Source of the DNA: a virus
Virus record (IMG/VR): IMGVR_UViG_3300017725_000001
Coordinates: 32,001-96,000 of that record
DNA length: 64,000 nt
Direction: 5' to 3' (one strand)
Of the stretch, positions 18,074 through 28,387 are shown in pieces. The translations under genes were made by a program, and so were the position numbers. The notes under the pieces were generated by a model that was given only the letters and a program-made list of their open reading frames with translations, had not been told where the DNA came from and did not search any database. The stretch's first letter is position 1. Each line of letters starts with the position of its first letter.

Positions 18074-18394
18074 AATTATTTTTGCTAGGATTGCCATCAT
18101 TATACCAACACCTGTTGCACTAGAAATAAGTGCTACCCAAAATCCACCTGGATAAAACCAAATGAATAAAGGAAAGAAAACTAGGCTTACCAATACAAAG
18201 TATACGGTTTGATAACTAAATGTTTTTAAAGTTTGAAAATCTACTCCACTATAATGCATAATTACCAATGTAATAAAACTTACCAATGGTATTCCCATTA
18301 TAAATGCACCGGCTGTTGGATTCTTTTGTGCTAATGTACTTACTATACCAATTAGTAATCCACCTACAACAGATTTTATAAGTATATCAACCAT
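18068..18394 (-). CDS. Small multi-TM membrane protein (DUF3147-like)
   Basis: IKSVVGGLLIGIVSTLA...GAFIMGIPLVSFI; about four hydrophobic helices. Confidence 0.65.
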   Translation of the reverse strand: MVDILIKSVVGGLLIGIVSTLAQKNPTAGAFIMGIPLVSFITLVIMHYSGVDFQTLKTFSYQTVYFVLVSLVFFPLFIWFYPGGFWVALISSATGVGIMMAILAKIIA

Positions 18395-19107
18395 TATGCA
18401 ATACTTAAAATTTTAACACGGTTTACCATAGTTTCTTTAGCACCTGTATATTTAGATAGTTCATGCTTGTTAACTGTAGCACGAATCTTAATAGTTTTGT
18501 TAGCAATAATATCACTAATATCTGGTTGATCTCTCCACCAAAACTTAACAATATCTTTTTCTGCATAACAAGTAGAAATCATATAGACATTACTAGTTTG
18601 AATAAATTTAACATCAAGTACTTCTACATCAATATCAAAACGTTTACCTTTTTCACCAAAATATTGGCTACTGTGTTTTAGACCTGACATACGATCTGCA
18701 ATAACTTCACGTTTTTTGTCAATACTAACACTATGTGGTAAACTTGCAATAATGCTTATTGAAAACTTATTCACGTCAGCTTCTGATAATGCTTTAACAA
18801 CATTGCTCTCAAAATTGTTAAGAGTATTTGTCATCTTTTTTAGCATTAATTTACCATTAATACTATTAATTAGATTATTAGCTTCTTCTACAGTTTCTGT
18901 TGTGAAATTTGTTTTACCAGCATCTTTTGCTTTTAATAGAGATAACATCATAGTTTTATTATCATCTATTTTTACTGGTTCACCACTCGCATGATCAGTA
19001 TCTGTATAACCATGTCCACTTTTAATGAATCCTTGTGACTTGTATACTTCAACAGAAGCACACATCACATCTAATGTAGTGATATTATTAAATAAATTTT
19101 TTGGCAT
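18394..19107 (-). CDS. Hypothetical protein with a C-terminal OB-fold
   Basis: SQYFGEKGKR...IKIRATVNKH...ETMVNRVK. Confidence 0.6.
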   Translation of the reverse strand: MPKNLFNNITTLDVMCASVEVYKSQGFIKSGHGYTDTDHASGEPVKIDDNKTMMLSLLKAKDAGKTNFTTETVEEANNLINSINGKLMLKKMTNTLNNFESNVVKALSEADVNKFSISIIASLPHSVSIDKKREVIADRMSGLKHSSQYFGEKGKRFDIDVEVLDVKFIQTSNVYMISTCYAEKDIVKFWWRDQPDISDIIANKTIKIRATVNKHELSKYTGAKETMVNRVKILSIA

Positions 19108-19163
19108 AGTTTGCTCCTGTGTTTGGGATGTCCGCCCTGTTGGTTTTTACAATCTATACGTTA

Positions 19164-19192
19164 ATTATACGGCTTAAAAAAATTTTTGTCAA
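19164..19192 (-). promoter_or_regulatory. Perfect-consensus sigma70 promoter
   Basis: TTGACA-17 nt-TATAAT. Confidence 0.88.
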
Positions 19193-19206
19193 CCAATAAT
19201 ATGGCG

Positions 19207-19665
19207 TTATAACGAAATATCTTCTAAACCAGCCGCTCTTAGCTTAACTATGTTGTTTATTTGAAATCCTTTAGCTTCTAAAGCCTTAATAATTCCTATG
19301 TATCGATTACGTACTAAACTAAAATCATTGATTAGGTACTGCAAATCAACCACTTCTTGTTCTCCATCCACATACTTTTCTGCATCTCTACTGCTTAATG
19401 CTTTATTATAATTTTCCAAGTATTTTCTGAACGTTTTAGCACGTAGTTTTCTCATTTCAGTATTGAGAAACTCTAGTATTGCTTCTACTTCCTGTAACTG
19501 ATTAAATCTATGCTCCACAACACCAGGCATCTCTCTACTATGCTTTTCGAGATTACCTTTCATTCCACATTCAAAACGAGCTTGATCAATTTCTTTCTCA
19601 AAATGAGAAATAGTTTCAACTATCTCGCTTAAATTTGCAGTTACTTTACGATACCATACACTCAT
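19207..19665 (-). CDS. uvsY: Recombination mediator UvsY-like
   Basis: Helical 152-aa protein with SSRDAEKYVDG and KGFQINNIVKLRAAG; downstream of uvsX. Confidence 0.75.
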   Translation of the reverse strand: MSVWYRKVTANLSEIVETISHFEKEIDQARFECGMKGNLEKHSREMPGVVEHRFNQLQEVEAILEFLNTEMRKLRAKTFRKYLENYNKALSSRDAEKYVDGEQEVVDLQYLINDFSLVRNRYIGIIKALEAKGFQINNIVKLRAAGLEDISL

Positions 19666-19667
19666 AA

Positions 19668-19946
19668 TTAATATTGCTCATCGTCATCATCACTATAGCC
19701 TTCACTATAGTCATCATACGGATCTTCATCATCATCGTTGTTTTCTATATATTCGTCCATTGCATCTGCAAGGTAATCACAATGATCAGCTATTTCTTTT
19801 GCCGCAGTTTTAATTTCAAAACCATAGTCAGCTAGATGATAAACGAATTTATTAGCAAATTCAGGTTTATCCTTTTCACTAATAAATTCTTTAGCTTCAT
19901 CATACAGATTAAACAATAATTCAAAGTCTCCATCTGTTATATTCAT
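19668..19946 (-). CDS. Small acidic protein
   Basis: Asp/Glu-rich C-terminus; lies between uvsX and uvsY. Confidence 0.7.
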   Translation of the reverse strand: MNITDGDFELLFNLYDEAKEFISEKDKPEFANKFVYHLADYGFEIKTAAKEIADHCDYLADAMDEYIENNDDDEDPYDDYSEGYSDDDDEQY

Positions 19947-19948
19947 CT

Positions 19949-21040
19949 TTACTCCTCTGTTACTTCAGGTGCTTCTTGTTCTGGAAGTGCATCTTGCACA
20001 TCTTGAGGTTGCTTATCCCATTCCGACATAACTAGATCCAAGTGATCTGCTTCATTACTTGCCCAAGCCTTACGGAACTTTGTTACTACTTCTCCTGTAA
20101 CAGGACTAGTATATTCTAATCTGTTTCCAGTTTTTTTGAGGGCACCTTTACCTTCAAAGAAGTCTACTAAACCACTGTGTGGACTCATTCCTGTTTCATA
20201 AGGAATTTCAACTTGTACACTTTCAAATGGTTTACTATATCTTGTTTTCATTACTTTACAGGCCGCTCTAATACCATGTACTTCACTGGTCTTATTACCG
20301 TCTGCATCAACTTTTAATTTGAGTTTACGCATTGCAATAACAATACTACTTGCATAGATAAAGCCTTGTCCACCTGATATTTTATCATCTGGATCAAACA
20401 TATCTTGCGATGCATATGTATGGTTAGTACACAACATACCAACATTATATTCACCAAACATATTAACAGTATTTCTAACAAGTGATGTTAGTGCTTTAGG
20501 CTTACGACCCATGTCACCTTTCATATCACCTTTTTGAAACTGATCAACATCTGTTGGTGTTAACAACATACCCAAACTATCTACAACAAACAACACCTTA
20601 GGTCTTTCTTCTTTTTCTTTTTCAGCATATTCTGCTTTGTAATCTCTCATAAAGTCACTAACTGTTTTAGCAACATCATCAATCATACTCATGTTTAGTT
20701 TTAGTAGTTTATCTGGATCTGTATTTACGTCCAAGGCGTGTAGCCATTTCTCATCTAGTGCATTCTCACTATCAATTAGAATAACAAATATGCCTTGGTC
20801 TTGTGCATTTTTTACAACATTTCCTGCCGCAATAAATGATTTACCAGCACCTGATTCTCCTGCAAGTACTGTTACCTTACCAAGTGGAATACCTTTATGA
20901 AAGTCATCACTGATAAGTTTATTTAATGTATAATTTCCTGTAGATATCCAAGTGTCAGGATCATTAAAGCCTACTGAAAGACCTGGAACTGACTTTGTAA
21001 TACTCTTACGGAATTTACTTACGTCAAATGGTTTTGCCAT
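19949..21040 (-). CDS. uvsX: RecA-like recombinase UvsX
   Basis: GESGAGKS, IDSENALD, VVDSLG, TNHTY and SGGQG. Confidence 0.93.
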   Translation of the reverse strand: MAKPFDVSKFRKSITKSVPGLSVGFNDPDTWISTGNYTLNKLISDDFHKGIPLGKVTVLAGESGAGKSFIAAGNVVKNAQDQGIFVILIDSENALDEKWLHALDVNTDPDKLLKLNMSMIDDVAKTVSDFMRDYKAEYAEKEKEERPKVLFVVDSLGMLLTPTDVDQFQKGDMKGDMGRKPKALTSLVRNTVNMFGEYNVGMLCTNHTYASQDMFDPDDKISGGQGFIYASSIVIAMRKLKLKVDADGNKTSEVHGIRAACKVMKTRYSKPFESVQVEIPYETGMSPHSGLVDFFEGKGALKKTGNRLEYTSPVTGEVVTKFRKAWASNEADHLDLVMSEWDKQPQDVQDALPEQEAPEVTEE

Positions 21041-21058
21041 ATGTTTTTTCTCCTTGTT

Positions 21059-21085
21059 AAAAGAGTGTAGCCGAAGCTACACTCT
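21059..21085 (-). terminator. Intrinsic terminator with a C(UUCG)G tetraloop
   Basis: Minus strand AGAGTGTAGC-TTCG-GCTACACTCT followed by a T-run. Confidence 0.88.
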
Positions 21086-21093
21086 AGATTTAA

Positions 21094-22116
21094 TTACTGC
21101 TTTCTATTTCTAATAGCCGCTAAAATGTCTTGAGCACTCGGTGCATCACCTGCTGGTGCCGCAGTAGCAGTTGCCATTTCTGGTTCCTTGTTAACTACTG
21201 GTGCCGCTGGTGCTGGCGTTGGCGTTGGAGCAACGGGTGCTACTGGCGCCGGTTGAGGTGCTGGTTGCGGTGTACTAGCAGTAGTTTCAATTACCTTAGC
21301 TTCTGGCTTAGGTGAACTACCACTTGGTGCATCTACACCATATGGACGATAATAAGAACCAAAACGTTCTGGATCATATAGTTGTCCATCTACACTCGCT
21401 TCAAACATTTCAAAAATTGCATTTAGCGATTCTGCATCTGGCTTCTTAGGAAGGAAGTCATTTAGATTAAACAAACCGTGTTTTGCAATAGCATCACGTT
21501 CTGCTTGATCTAGACTACGTTCTCTACGAGCCCAATTAGATGTTGAATAATCAGCATACTGACCTTTGGTAGATTTCTTAACTGTGAAATCAGTACCTGC
21601 TTCGTAATCAGTTGGTATCTCCTGAAATTCAGGATCCATTAATGCTGAGCTGATAATTTTATAAATCTGTGGTGAAATAACAAATCGTCTGATTGGATTT
21701 TCTGGAAGACTGTCTTCTTGCATATCACTTGCAGTTACAAAACCTTGGAAAATGTATGAACGTTTTTTCCAATATTTACGACCCATATCTTCCATAGTCG
21801 TATCTTTAAACCAAGGACGGATTTCTGCATGAACTGGGCATTGTTCTCCCCACATTTCCACACACGGAACCTGTACTGTTACTGGTTTAGTTTCGTCTTG
21901 ACCCTTTACACCAGGAAAACTCAAACGAATCATTTGTCTTTCTTTCCAAAAGAAAGTATTGTTCTCGTCTGCGTCTGGTAAGAATCTAAGTGTTGCTGAT
22001 GTGCCCTCTGGTATGTTCCAGTGAGCGAAGATGGCGTTATCTGACGCCATGTTAGAGCTTGTGCTCTTTGTTTCTTGTGCCTGTAATTTAGCACGGATAT
22101 CTGCTAAAGATGCCAT
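21094..22116 (-). CDS. Single-stranded DNA-binding protein (T4 gp32-like)
   Basis: ATLRFLPD, CPV, YWKKRSY and YADYSTS motifs; Pro/Ala linker. Confidence 0.9.
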   Translation of the reverse strand: MASLADIRAKLQAQETKSTSSNMASDNAIFAHWNIPEGTSATLRFLPDADENNTFFWKERQMIRLSFPGVKGQDETKPVTVQVPCVEMWGEQCPVHAEIRPWFKDTTMEDMGRKYWKKRSYIFQGFVTASDMQEDSLPENPIRRFVISPQIYKIISSALMDPEFQEIPTDYEAGTDFTVKKSTKGQYADYSTSNWARRERSLDQAERDAIAKHGLFNLNDFLPKKPDAESLNAIFEMFEASVDGQLYDPERFGSYYRPYGVDAPSGSSPKPEAKVIETTASTPQPAPQPAPVAPVAPTPTPAPAAPVVNKEPEMATATAAPAGDAPSAQDILAAIRNRKQ

Positions 22117-22212
22117 AATGTATCTCCTTTATTAGCCTATAATAGTAAGTTAACTCTGTGTTAACTTTTTAGTGTAATCTATTGATTACGTTTGCCTTTG
22201 TTAGCCTGTACA

Positions 22213-22241
22213 GTATACAGTTTATAGTACTTACTGTCAAG
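22213..22241 (-). promoter_or_regulatory. Sigma70-type promoter of the SSB gene (coordinates approximate)
   Basis: TTGACA-17 nt-TATACT. Confidence 0.75.
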
Positions 22242-22247
22242 TACTTT

Positions 22248-23723
22248 TTACGCAACTTTTCTACGTAAACTTTTTACCGATGATTCTACTATGCTTTCAG
22301 CTGGTGCTTGTTCTTTAGACGGTGCTTTATAATGCTTGTCTAAGAATATAGCCATTTTGTTTACCAGACTAAGTTTTTGTTGTGGTAAACGATGTAATTC
22401 GCTACCAATTAAACTTAAATGGTTAAATGCTTCATCATTCTTACTGTTCATAGCAAGGTAAGATAGTAAACTACTTAATTTTGCTTGAGCACCCATTCCA
22501 CCTGAGTATTTAATAGGATCTTCGTTATCTGGATGATCCGGATCTGCTGGATCAATATTAAGTTTAAAATCAACTTTATCTTTGATCATTCCGTATAACT
22601 TCATAATTGCGTCATTAACCATATCATCCATAGAATCTGCTTCCTTTACTATACGAGCTATTGTTTCAAGAACTGCATTCATATCTGCATTCTTAAACGT
22701 ATTGTACATGAATTTATCCGCAATGTCAACCGGTTTATCTGAATTTTCAACGATTGGAGTTTTAGCTTCAAAATTACTGTAACCTTTTGATGTTTGTAAA
22801 CTTTCTATAGTATGTTTTAAACCTTTTAATTTGCTCTTACAAGTTTCTACAATTTTTTCGTTAGTTTCGTTAACTAATTTGTTTGAACGAACGTGTTTAA
22901 CAAATGTATTCACTTGAGCTATTTCTTCACAAAGTTGTAAAATTGATTCACCAATTGCATCATATGGTGTACCACCATGACTTACATGGTTGGCCATAGC
23001 TTTTGCACCATTTAAATATTTGTATGGGAATTTAAATCTTTCACCTGTTGAATTTTCAATAAACAAGCCTTTGATGTTACGTGATCTACTACCACGTACT
23101 TCTTCATCTACTGCTTTATTGTGTCTGATAACTAATCTTGTTGATTCTGGAAACATAACATAACTTGATTTTAATGTACCTGTTGCTTTTCTATATGCTT
23201 CATTTACTGTTTCAGTAAAATCATTCATTCCATAATAGTCTGTATCTTTAGCAATAGGTGGTGCTTTGTAAATATCTGGTTCAGCTTGTATAGCTTCTCT
23301 AGCTGATTGTACATCAGCTTTACCACCTTCAATGTATAATGTTCCATTATTAAAGAAACCATCTAGTCCTGCATCTTTAATAGTATTTAAACAAGTTTTT
23401 TCATAGCCTTCAGCTACAAAGTCTTTTGGAACTATGTTTTTATCAAATTTTCTTACGTTATATTCTGCCATGGCGTTATGTCCTGCTTTCTTTATACTGT
23501 CAAGCATGGCTTTGTTTTTATCAAAACTAAAGTCTGCACCTGCTTGAACTACAATTTCAGTATCTTCATTTTCAATTCTTTTTGTTACTAAAAAGTCATC
23601 TTCGTATGCATAAAATCTAGATGCTGATTCAGGATCTAGTGTTTTAGCACCCATTGCATCAAAAAGTTTTAATTTGATATTAGCGCCTTTTAGTATATTA
23701 AAAATTTCTGTCGATAATTCCAT
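22248..23723 (-). CDS. Virion structural protein
   Basis: RSRNIKGLFIENSTGERFKFPYKYLNGAKAMANHVSHGGTPYD; late promoter; lies between TerL and SSB. Confidence 0.65.
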   Translation of the reverse strand: MELSTEIFNILKGANIKLKLFDAMGAKTLDPESASRFYAYEDDFLVTKRIENEDTEIVVQAGADFSFDKNKAMLDSIKKAGHNAMAEYNVRKFDKNIVPKDFVAEGYEKTCLNTIKDAGLDGFFNNGTLYIEGGKADVQSAREAIQAEPDIYKAPPIAKDTDYYGMNDFTETVNEAYRKATGTLKSSYVMFPESTRLVIRHNKAVDEEVRGSRSRNIKGLFIENSTGERFKFPYKYLNGAKAMANHVSHGGTPYDAIGESILQLCEEIAQVNTFVKHVRSNKLVNETNEKIVETCKSKLKGLKHTIESLQTSKGYSNFEAKTPIVENSDKPVDIADKFMYNTFKNADMNAVLETIARIVKEADSMDDMVNDAIMKLYGMIKDKVDFKLNIDPADPDHPDNEDPIKYSGGMGAQAKLSSLLSYLAMNSKNDEAFNHLSLIGSELHRLPQQKLSLVNKMAIFLDKHYKAPSKEQAPAESIVESSVKSLRRKVA

Positions 23724-23761
23724 TGTTTAGTTATCCTTTAATGTATTTATCATTTTAAGCA

Positions 23762-25318
23762 TTATAGTAGGCTAAATGGCATTGGTTCCATACCGTCATC
23801 ATCTTCAAAGTCGTCATTAAGGTATTCAAATGCACTTTCTTCGTATTTTGATACTTCCATACTCATACGTACTATTAATACTAATGACATTACCAAGTCA
23901 TCATTTTCGCCATCTTTAGCTGAATAGCTATTTCCTCTAGCTATAAATGTTTTTAATTCTCTTAATAGAGGCTTACTTGCTACCTCTAACTTATCAGTTT
24001 CAATCCAATGCTTTAGTTTAGCACAAGCTGATATTTTTGATTTATGTGTTGTAGTAAAGCCTCTTCTGTATCTTCTAGCATTTCCATGCTGTCTTGTTTC
24101 AGTTAAAAATGTACCAGGAAAGTTTTCTTCTCCTTGTTCTTCTACTGTAACCAGAGCCGCTTCACCAAGTGTATTATTTTCCATGCTATAATATATTTCA
24201 CAATCGTTATTTGTTTCACTTTCAATGTATTGTGCAATCTCACGTAAAATTTTAATCTGTCCTTGTACAGTAGTTCTATTGTGCATCCACTCTGCCATTT
24301 GTTTCATTCCTGGCATTTGATAAACTTGTATAGCACTATTATCTCCTCCTGTGCCTAAACTTGGATCCAATGCTATCATATAAAGTTTACCTTTTGCTAA
24401 TGGTGCATACCACCTAACTTGACCTGCTGTTGCGTAAGGGTCCCTTGCTTCCATATTTGCAAGTCTAATACTATCAATTAGTGTTTCATCAAATGCAATA
24501 AATTCACATTTATGTTCACGTCTAAATCTTTCTTCGCCAATTTTTCCTAATTCAACTTCAGCCCAATCTTCATCTCTATCTGGGTGAGCTTCCCAAGTTG
24601 CTTGATAATGAGCAAATCCATTTATACCAGTAGCAGTTTCGTTTCCAAATTCATCTTGATTCTTTAATGAGTCTCGCCAAATTTGTGCAAACTGATCGTC
24701 ATCCATGTTTGGTGTACTTGTAATAATACATTTACCACCTGTTGCTAGTGTAGGTGAAAGTGAGGTCCAAAACTCTTTAGCTATGTTTGGTCTAACAAAT
24801 GCAAACTCGTCTAAGTATACTAATGAAATAGATAAACCTCTACCTGTGTTTTCTGTTGTTGACTGTGCAATAATACGACTACCGTTATCAAACTCTAAAC
24901 TACCTTTATTGTAACTTGTTACACCAGCACGTATAAAGTCTGGAAGTGTTTCGTATGCAAATCTAACACGTTGCATAATTTCACTAGCACCTGCATATTT
25001 GTGTGCCGCTACTAAAATTGTTTGATCAGGATTAAACATAGCATACCATAACAGGTAACCTGCCGCACAGGTACTCTTACCCATTTGTCTGGCTAACATA
25101 CTAATACTGTATCTATTTTTATGATATACGTCTACTAGCTCGTCTTGAAAATTATATAGATCAAATTTTAGACGTCCTTGAGTAGGATGTTGAATATAAC
25201 AATGCTCCCTCATAAAATATTTTGGGTCATTGGCACATCTAGCTAACTCAGTAAGTTGAGCTTCTGTATATTTTTCTTTTCTATAAGGGGTTTTGGTTAA
25301 TTTTGTGTCTACTGCCAC
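23762..25318 (-). CDS. Terminase large subunit (T4 gp17-like)
   Basis: ARQMGKS, YLDEFAF, ITSTPN, LDPSLG and NDDLVMS. Confidence 0.95.
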   Translation of the reverse strand: MAVDTKLTKTPYRKEKYTEAQLTELARCANDPKYFMREHCYIQHPTQGRLKFDLYNFQDELVDVYHKNRYSISMLARQMGKSTCAAGYLLWYAMFNPDQTILVAAHKYAGASEIMQRVRFAYETLPDFIRAGVTSYNKGSLEFDNGSRIIAQSTTENTGRGLSISLVYLDEFAFVRPNIAKEFWTSLSPTLATGGKCIITSTPNMDDDQFAQIWRDSLKNQDEFGNETATGINGFAHYQATWEAHPDRDEDWAEVELGKIGEERFRREHKCEFIAFDETLIDSIRLANMEARDPYATAGQVRWYAPLAKGKLYMIALDPSLGTGGDNSAIQVYQMPGMKQMAEWMHNRTTVQGQIKILREIAQYIESETNNDCEIYYSMENNTLGEAALVTVEEQGEENFPGTFLTETRQHGNARRYRRGFTTTHKSKISACAKLKHWIETDKLEVASKPLLRELKTFIARGNSYSAKDGENDDLVMSLVLIVRMSMEVSKYEESAFEYLNDDFEDDDGMEPMPFSLL

Positions 25319-25349
25319 GTTAATCCTCCTGCATTGTATTTATATGAAT

Positions 25350-25379
25350 TAACCGTGCAGTTAATACACCGCACGGTTA
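25350..25379. terminator. Hairpin, probable terminator
   Basis: TAACCGTGC / GCACGGTTA inverted repeat. Confidence 0.55.
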
Positions 25380-25398
25380 TTTTTCGGGAGGGAAAATG

Positions 25399-26874
25399 TT
25401 ATTTCTTGTCTTTTTTATCTTTTTTTGACTTCTTATATGCTTCTTTGATATCTTCAACTTTATGTTCTTTTAAGCCTACTTTGAAATCTTCTGCATCTAA
25501 GTATTTTTTCAAACTTAAATTAACTGATTGTGCAAAATTCTCATATGGTTCACCATGACTAGTTTCTTTGTCTTCTGATGCACCTACTTCTGGTGTGTTT
25601 GCCCACTCGTCAACTCTTTGTTTGATCTCAGCTTCAGTTAAACCTGAATTTTTAAGAAGTGTAATTAGTTGTGTTGTATCCATAGTTGGAGCCTCTTCAA
25701 TTGTTTCTTCTTCTTTTTCTACTTTATCTTCTTCATTCATGCCTTTTGGCATATCTTTAAATCTGTTTGGTTTGTAGTTTGCGAAAGCTTCTGATTTGAT
25801 ACTATCATTCATCATACCTTCCATACTAGCTAAACCGTCTTCTTGCATACCTTGTTCTGTAAAGCCTACTTCAAAACCAACTAGTTCAGAAATTGCTTTT
25901 TCAAAACCTGAGTCTGTGTAGATGTCCCAAGGTCCATCATGTTCAACGGTTACTGATCTATAACTATCGTCTTCTTCGTCGTTCATATATCCGCCATCTT
26001 CATATGGATTCATAATAGTAATTGAATCTACTTTAACTTGTTTTGGGTTTTCACCTTCTTTATCCCAGATACTATCTCCTGCTAATGGAATTAATTTATT
26101 AACTGGAATAGATTTATTTGCTTCTTGTACTGGTGCTTCTTCTGCTGGAGTTTCTTCTGCTGGAACTTCTTCTACTGGAACTTCTTCTACTGGAGTTTCT
26201 TCTTCAATTGAAGACATTCCTGAAAGCTCTCTTAATCTGTTTGCTTCTTTAACCCAGTTGTCTTGACTTGCGTCATGTGCATCATTTGGGCAATCGCAAC
26301 CTGGTTTAGGGTTGTCTATAATACAACCACAGTCTTCGCATTTACCAGTTGCTTCTTCAATTTCTTCTACTGATTCATCTTTTTTAGCTTCTTTTTCTTC
26401 TTTGTCTTTAATAGCTTTTTGTAATGCTGGTGGTAATGTTTTTTGTTTATCAGTAATTTCTTCTAAATCATCTTCTTCTAAATCATCAATAAATTCTTCT
26501 TTTTTAACTTTATATTTTTCACCATCTACTTCAAACTCATCTTCGCCATCTTTTTTTGCTTGTGCTAATTCGCCTGAAAATTTATTACCTTCTTCTGTTG
26601 ATGGTTCAGTTGGTTCAACTGACTCTTCTGTATCATTCATTTCATGATGACGTCTAAAATCTGCTACAAAATCTTTAATTTGATCGCCGCTCATATATCT
26701 GATTAATTCATCTAATACTGGGTTATTAGCATCTGCACCTAATTCATCAATTAAATCATAAATTGGTTTTGCAAACTCACCTACGGCTTCTTTGAATTCT
26801 CTATTATCTGTTTCTTGAGTCTGGTTCTGAGCGTTCATTCCAGACAGCTTTAGTAATCTATCTAAATCACTCAT
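25399..26874 (-). CDS. Highly acidic probable head-internal/core protein
   Basis: Glu-rich with EETPVEE repeats; RLLKLSG and RLRELSG motifs; CEDC/CDC module. Confidence 0.6.
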   Translation of the reverse strand: MSDLDRLLKLSGMNAQNQTQETDNREFKEAVGEFAKPIYDLIDELGADANNPVLDELIRYMSGDQIKDFVADFRRHHEMNDTEESVEPTEPSTEEGNKFSGELAQAKKDGEDEFEVDGEKYKVKKEEFIDDLEEDDLEEITDKQKTLPPALQKAIKDKEEKEAKKDESVEEIEEATGKCEDCGCIIDNPKPGCDCPNDAHDASQDNWVKEANRLRELSGMSSIEEETPVEEVPVEEVPAEETPAEEAPVQEANKSIPVNKLIPLAGDSIWDKEGENPKQVKVDSITIMNPYEDGGYMNDEEDDSYRSVTVEHDGPWDIYTDSGFEKAISELVGFEVGFTEQGMQEDGLASMEGMMNDSIKSEAFANYKPNRFKDMPKGMNEEDKVEKEEETIEEAPTMDTTQLITLLKNSGLTEAEIKQRVDEWANTPEVGASEDKETSHGEPYENFAQSVNLSLKKYLDAEDFKVGLKEHKVEDIKEAYKKSKKDKKDKK

Positions 26875-27368
26875 TGTCCATTCTCCTTTTGGTCTTTCTT
26901 ACGTAACTTTAAAAGTTCTTCAATAAATTTCGATTTATGATCTTCACCATAATGATCTTTATGGTCGACTTTTTCTTGTTCTGAATATTTTTCATCTGCT
27001 AACTTAACTTTATATTCTTCTTGCTTACCTGCTGGAATTTCTTCATCCGGTTCGTGTTCGCCTTTTACTTTAAAGCCTGTATGCGATACTCCCATCATAT
27101 TACGGATATCATTTTGTATTTGCCATCCACTTGCTACTCTATCAGTTTCAAATTCATATGTAAATACTTCATATCCTTTATGATTAGGGAAATCACGTGG
27201 TGCACTTTGTAGTATTGTTTTCTTCACAGCACCAAGTCCTGTTGAGTCATACTTTGTAAGGTGCTTCTCAATACGATCACATTGTTCGTCGGTAAGTTCA
27301 TGTACAGTTTTAATTTTAAACTTCCATGATTTTTTAGATTCTGTTAAATATTCTTTAAACGTCTTCAT
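26871..27368 (-). CDS. Head-internal protein with a T4 capsid-targeting-sequence-like N-terminus
   Basis: MKTFKEYLTE resembles the T4 IPIII CTS MKTYQEFIAE. Confidence 0.65.
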   Translation of the reverse strand: MKTFKEYLTESKKSWKFKIKTVHELTDEQCDRIEKHLTKYDSTGLGAVKKTILQSAPRDFPNHKGYEVFTYEFETDRVASGWQIQNDIRNMMGVSHTGFKVKGEHEPDEEIPAGKQEEYKVKLADEKYSEQEKVDHKDHYGEDHKSKFIEELLKLRKKDQKENGQ

Positions 27369-27388
27369 TACGTATTTCTCCTATAATA

Positions 27389-27931
27389 CTATTTATCATT
27401 TTCAGGAAGATTTTTCATAATTTCTGCCAACATTGCAGTTCTATCGCCAATAATACGTCCTTCGGCTATTTCTTCTTCATCTAATCCTGCTTCTCTGCGT
27501 CTAGCCTGCACATATGCATCTATTTTTTCGCTATCTTTAATAAGTCTAGCTTGACGCATTTGTAATTCTATCATTTTCATCTTTTTAGTCATTTTAGCTT
27601 CTTTAGCCTGTAGTGCCGCAGTTAACATTTTACTTGCACTATCAAATATAGGAGCCGCGTGTCTGTCTTCAACATTTTTACCAAGATCAACTAAATCTTC
27701 AAATGTATCCATTGCTTTACCTGCATATTCATCCATTTCTCTATCTAGTTGTTCTAAACCTTCTACTGTTGGTAGTGCCGCATCTGCTCTTTCAACCATA
27801 CTTAGGTCGCCTTTATACTTTTCAATTTCTTGTTTAATTTCGTCAGCAGTTGGTGCTTTTTCAGGTTCATCGTCAGGAAGTAATTCTTCCAAACTTGGTA
27901 AGTTTAATTCTTCCTCTAATTTTTTTGTCAT
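27389..27931 (-). CDS. Probable terminase small subunit (gp16-like)
   Basis: Helical hairpin core and IIGDRTAML tail; lies between the gp4-like gene and TerL. Confidence 0.5.
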   Translation of the reverse strand: MTKKLEEELNLPSLEELLPDDEPEKAPTADEIKQEIEKYKGDLSMVERADAALPTVEGLEQLDREMDEYAGKAMDTFEDLVDLGKNVEDRHAAPIFDSASKMLTAALQAKEAKMTKKMKMIELQMRQARLIKDSEKIDAYVQARRREAGLDEEEIAEGRIIGDRTAMLAEIMKNLPENDK

Positions 27932-28374
27932 TTTCGTTTCCTTTTAGAATTCTGCGGTTTATTAAAGATTTGTTTTTCAGTTATTACTCTAAAACCCATG
28001 CCTTTAGCTTTGCAGTATGCATTAGCCGCTTTCCACTTTTCGTGATTAACTACTGCCGCCGCTTTTTGTGCCTGTGTTTTTGCTTCACCTAATGTTTGAC
28101 TTGCTGGTTTTATCTCTACAAACTCTGCGTGGTTTGTACCTTTTTTATCTTTATAGACAATTAGCAAGTCTGGCACATATGTACTCTGTTTACCAGTAAG
28201 TGGATTCTTATATGGAATTCTGTGTGTTTCACTACCCCAACCTAATATAGAAGGATGATTATCACACATTCGCATAACTGCAAGTTCCCATCCACTTCTG
28301 TACTTTGGAACTCTTTTACCTAAGTATTTAGCTGGGTTACTAGGTGTGTATTGTCCTTGTTGAAATTTTTTCAT
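27928..28374 (-). CDS. Head completion nuclease (T4 gp4, TnsA-like)
   Basis: NPAKYLG..YRSGWE, YVPD, EIKP and NHEKWKAA. Confidence 0.9.
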   Translation of the reverse strand: MKKFQQGQYTPSNPAKYLGKRVPKYRSGWELAVMRMCDNHPSILGWGSETHRIPYKNPLTGKQSTYVPDLLIVYKDKKGTNHAEFVEIKPASQTLGEAKTQAQKAAAVVNHEKWKAANAYCKAKGMGFRVITEKQIFNKPQNSKRKRK

Positions 28375-28387
28375 TTACCTAACCTTA

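Noticed and set aside
26130-26205. EE(T/V)P(V/A) 15-bp repeats
   Set aside because: A low-complexity linker inside an acidic head protein; no separate function is evident.
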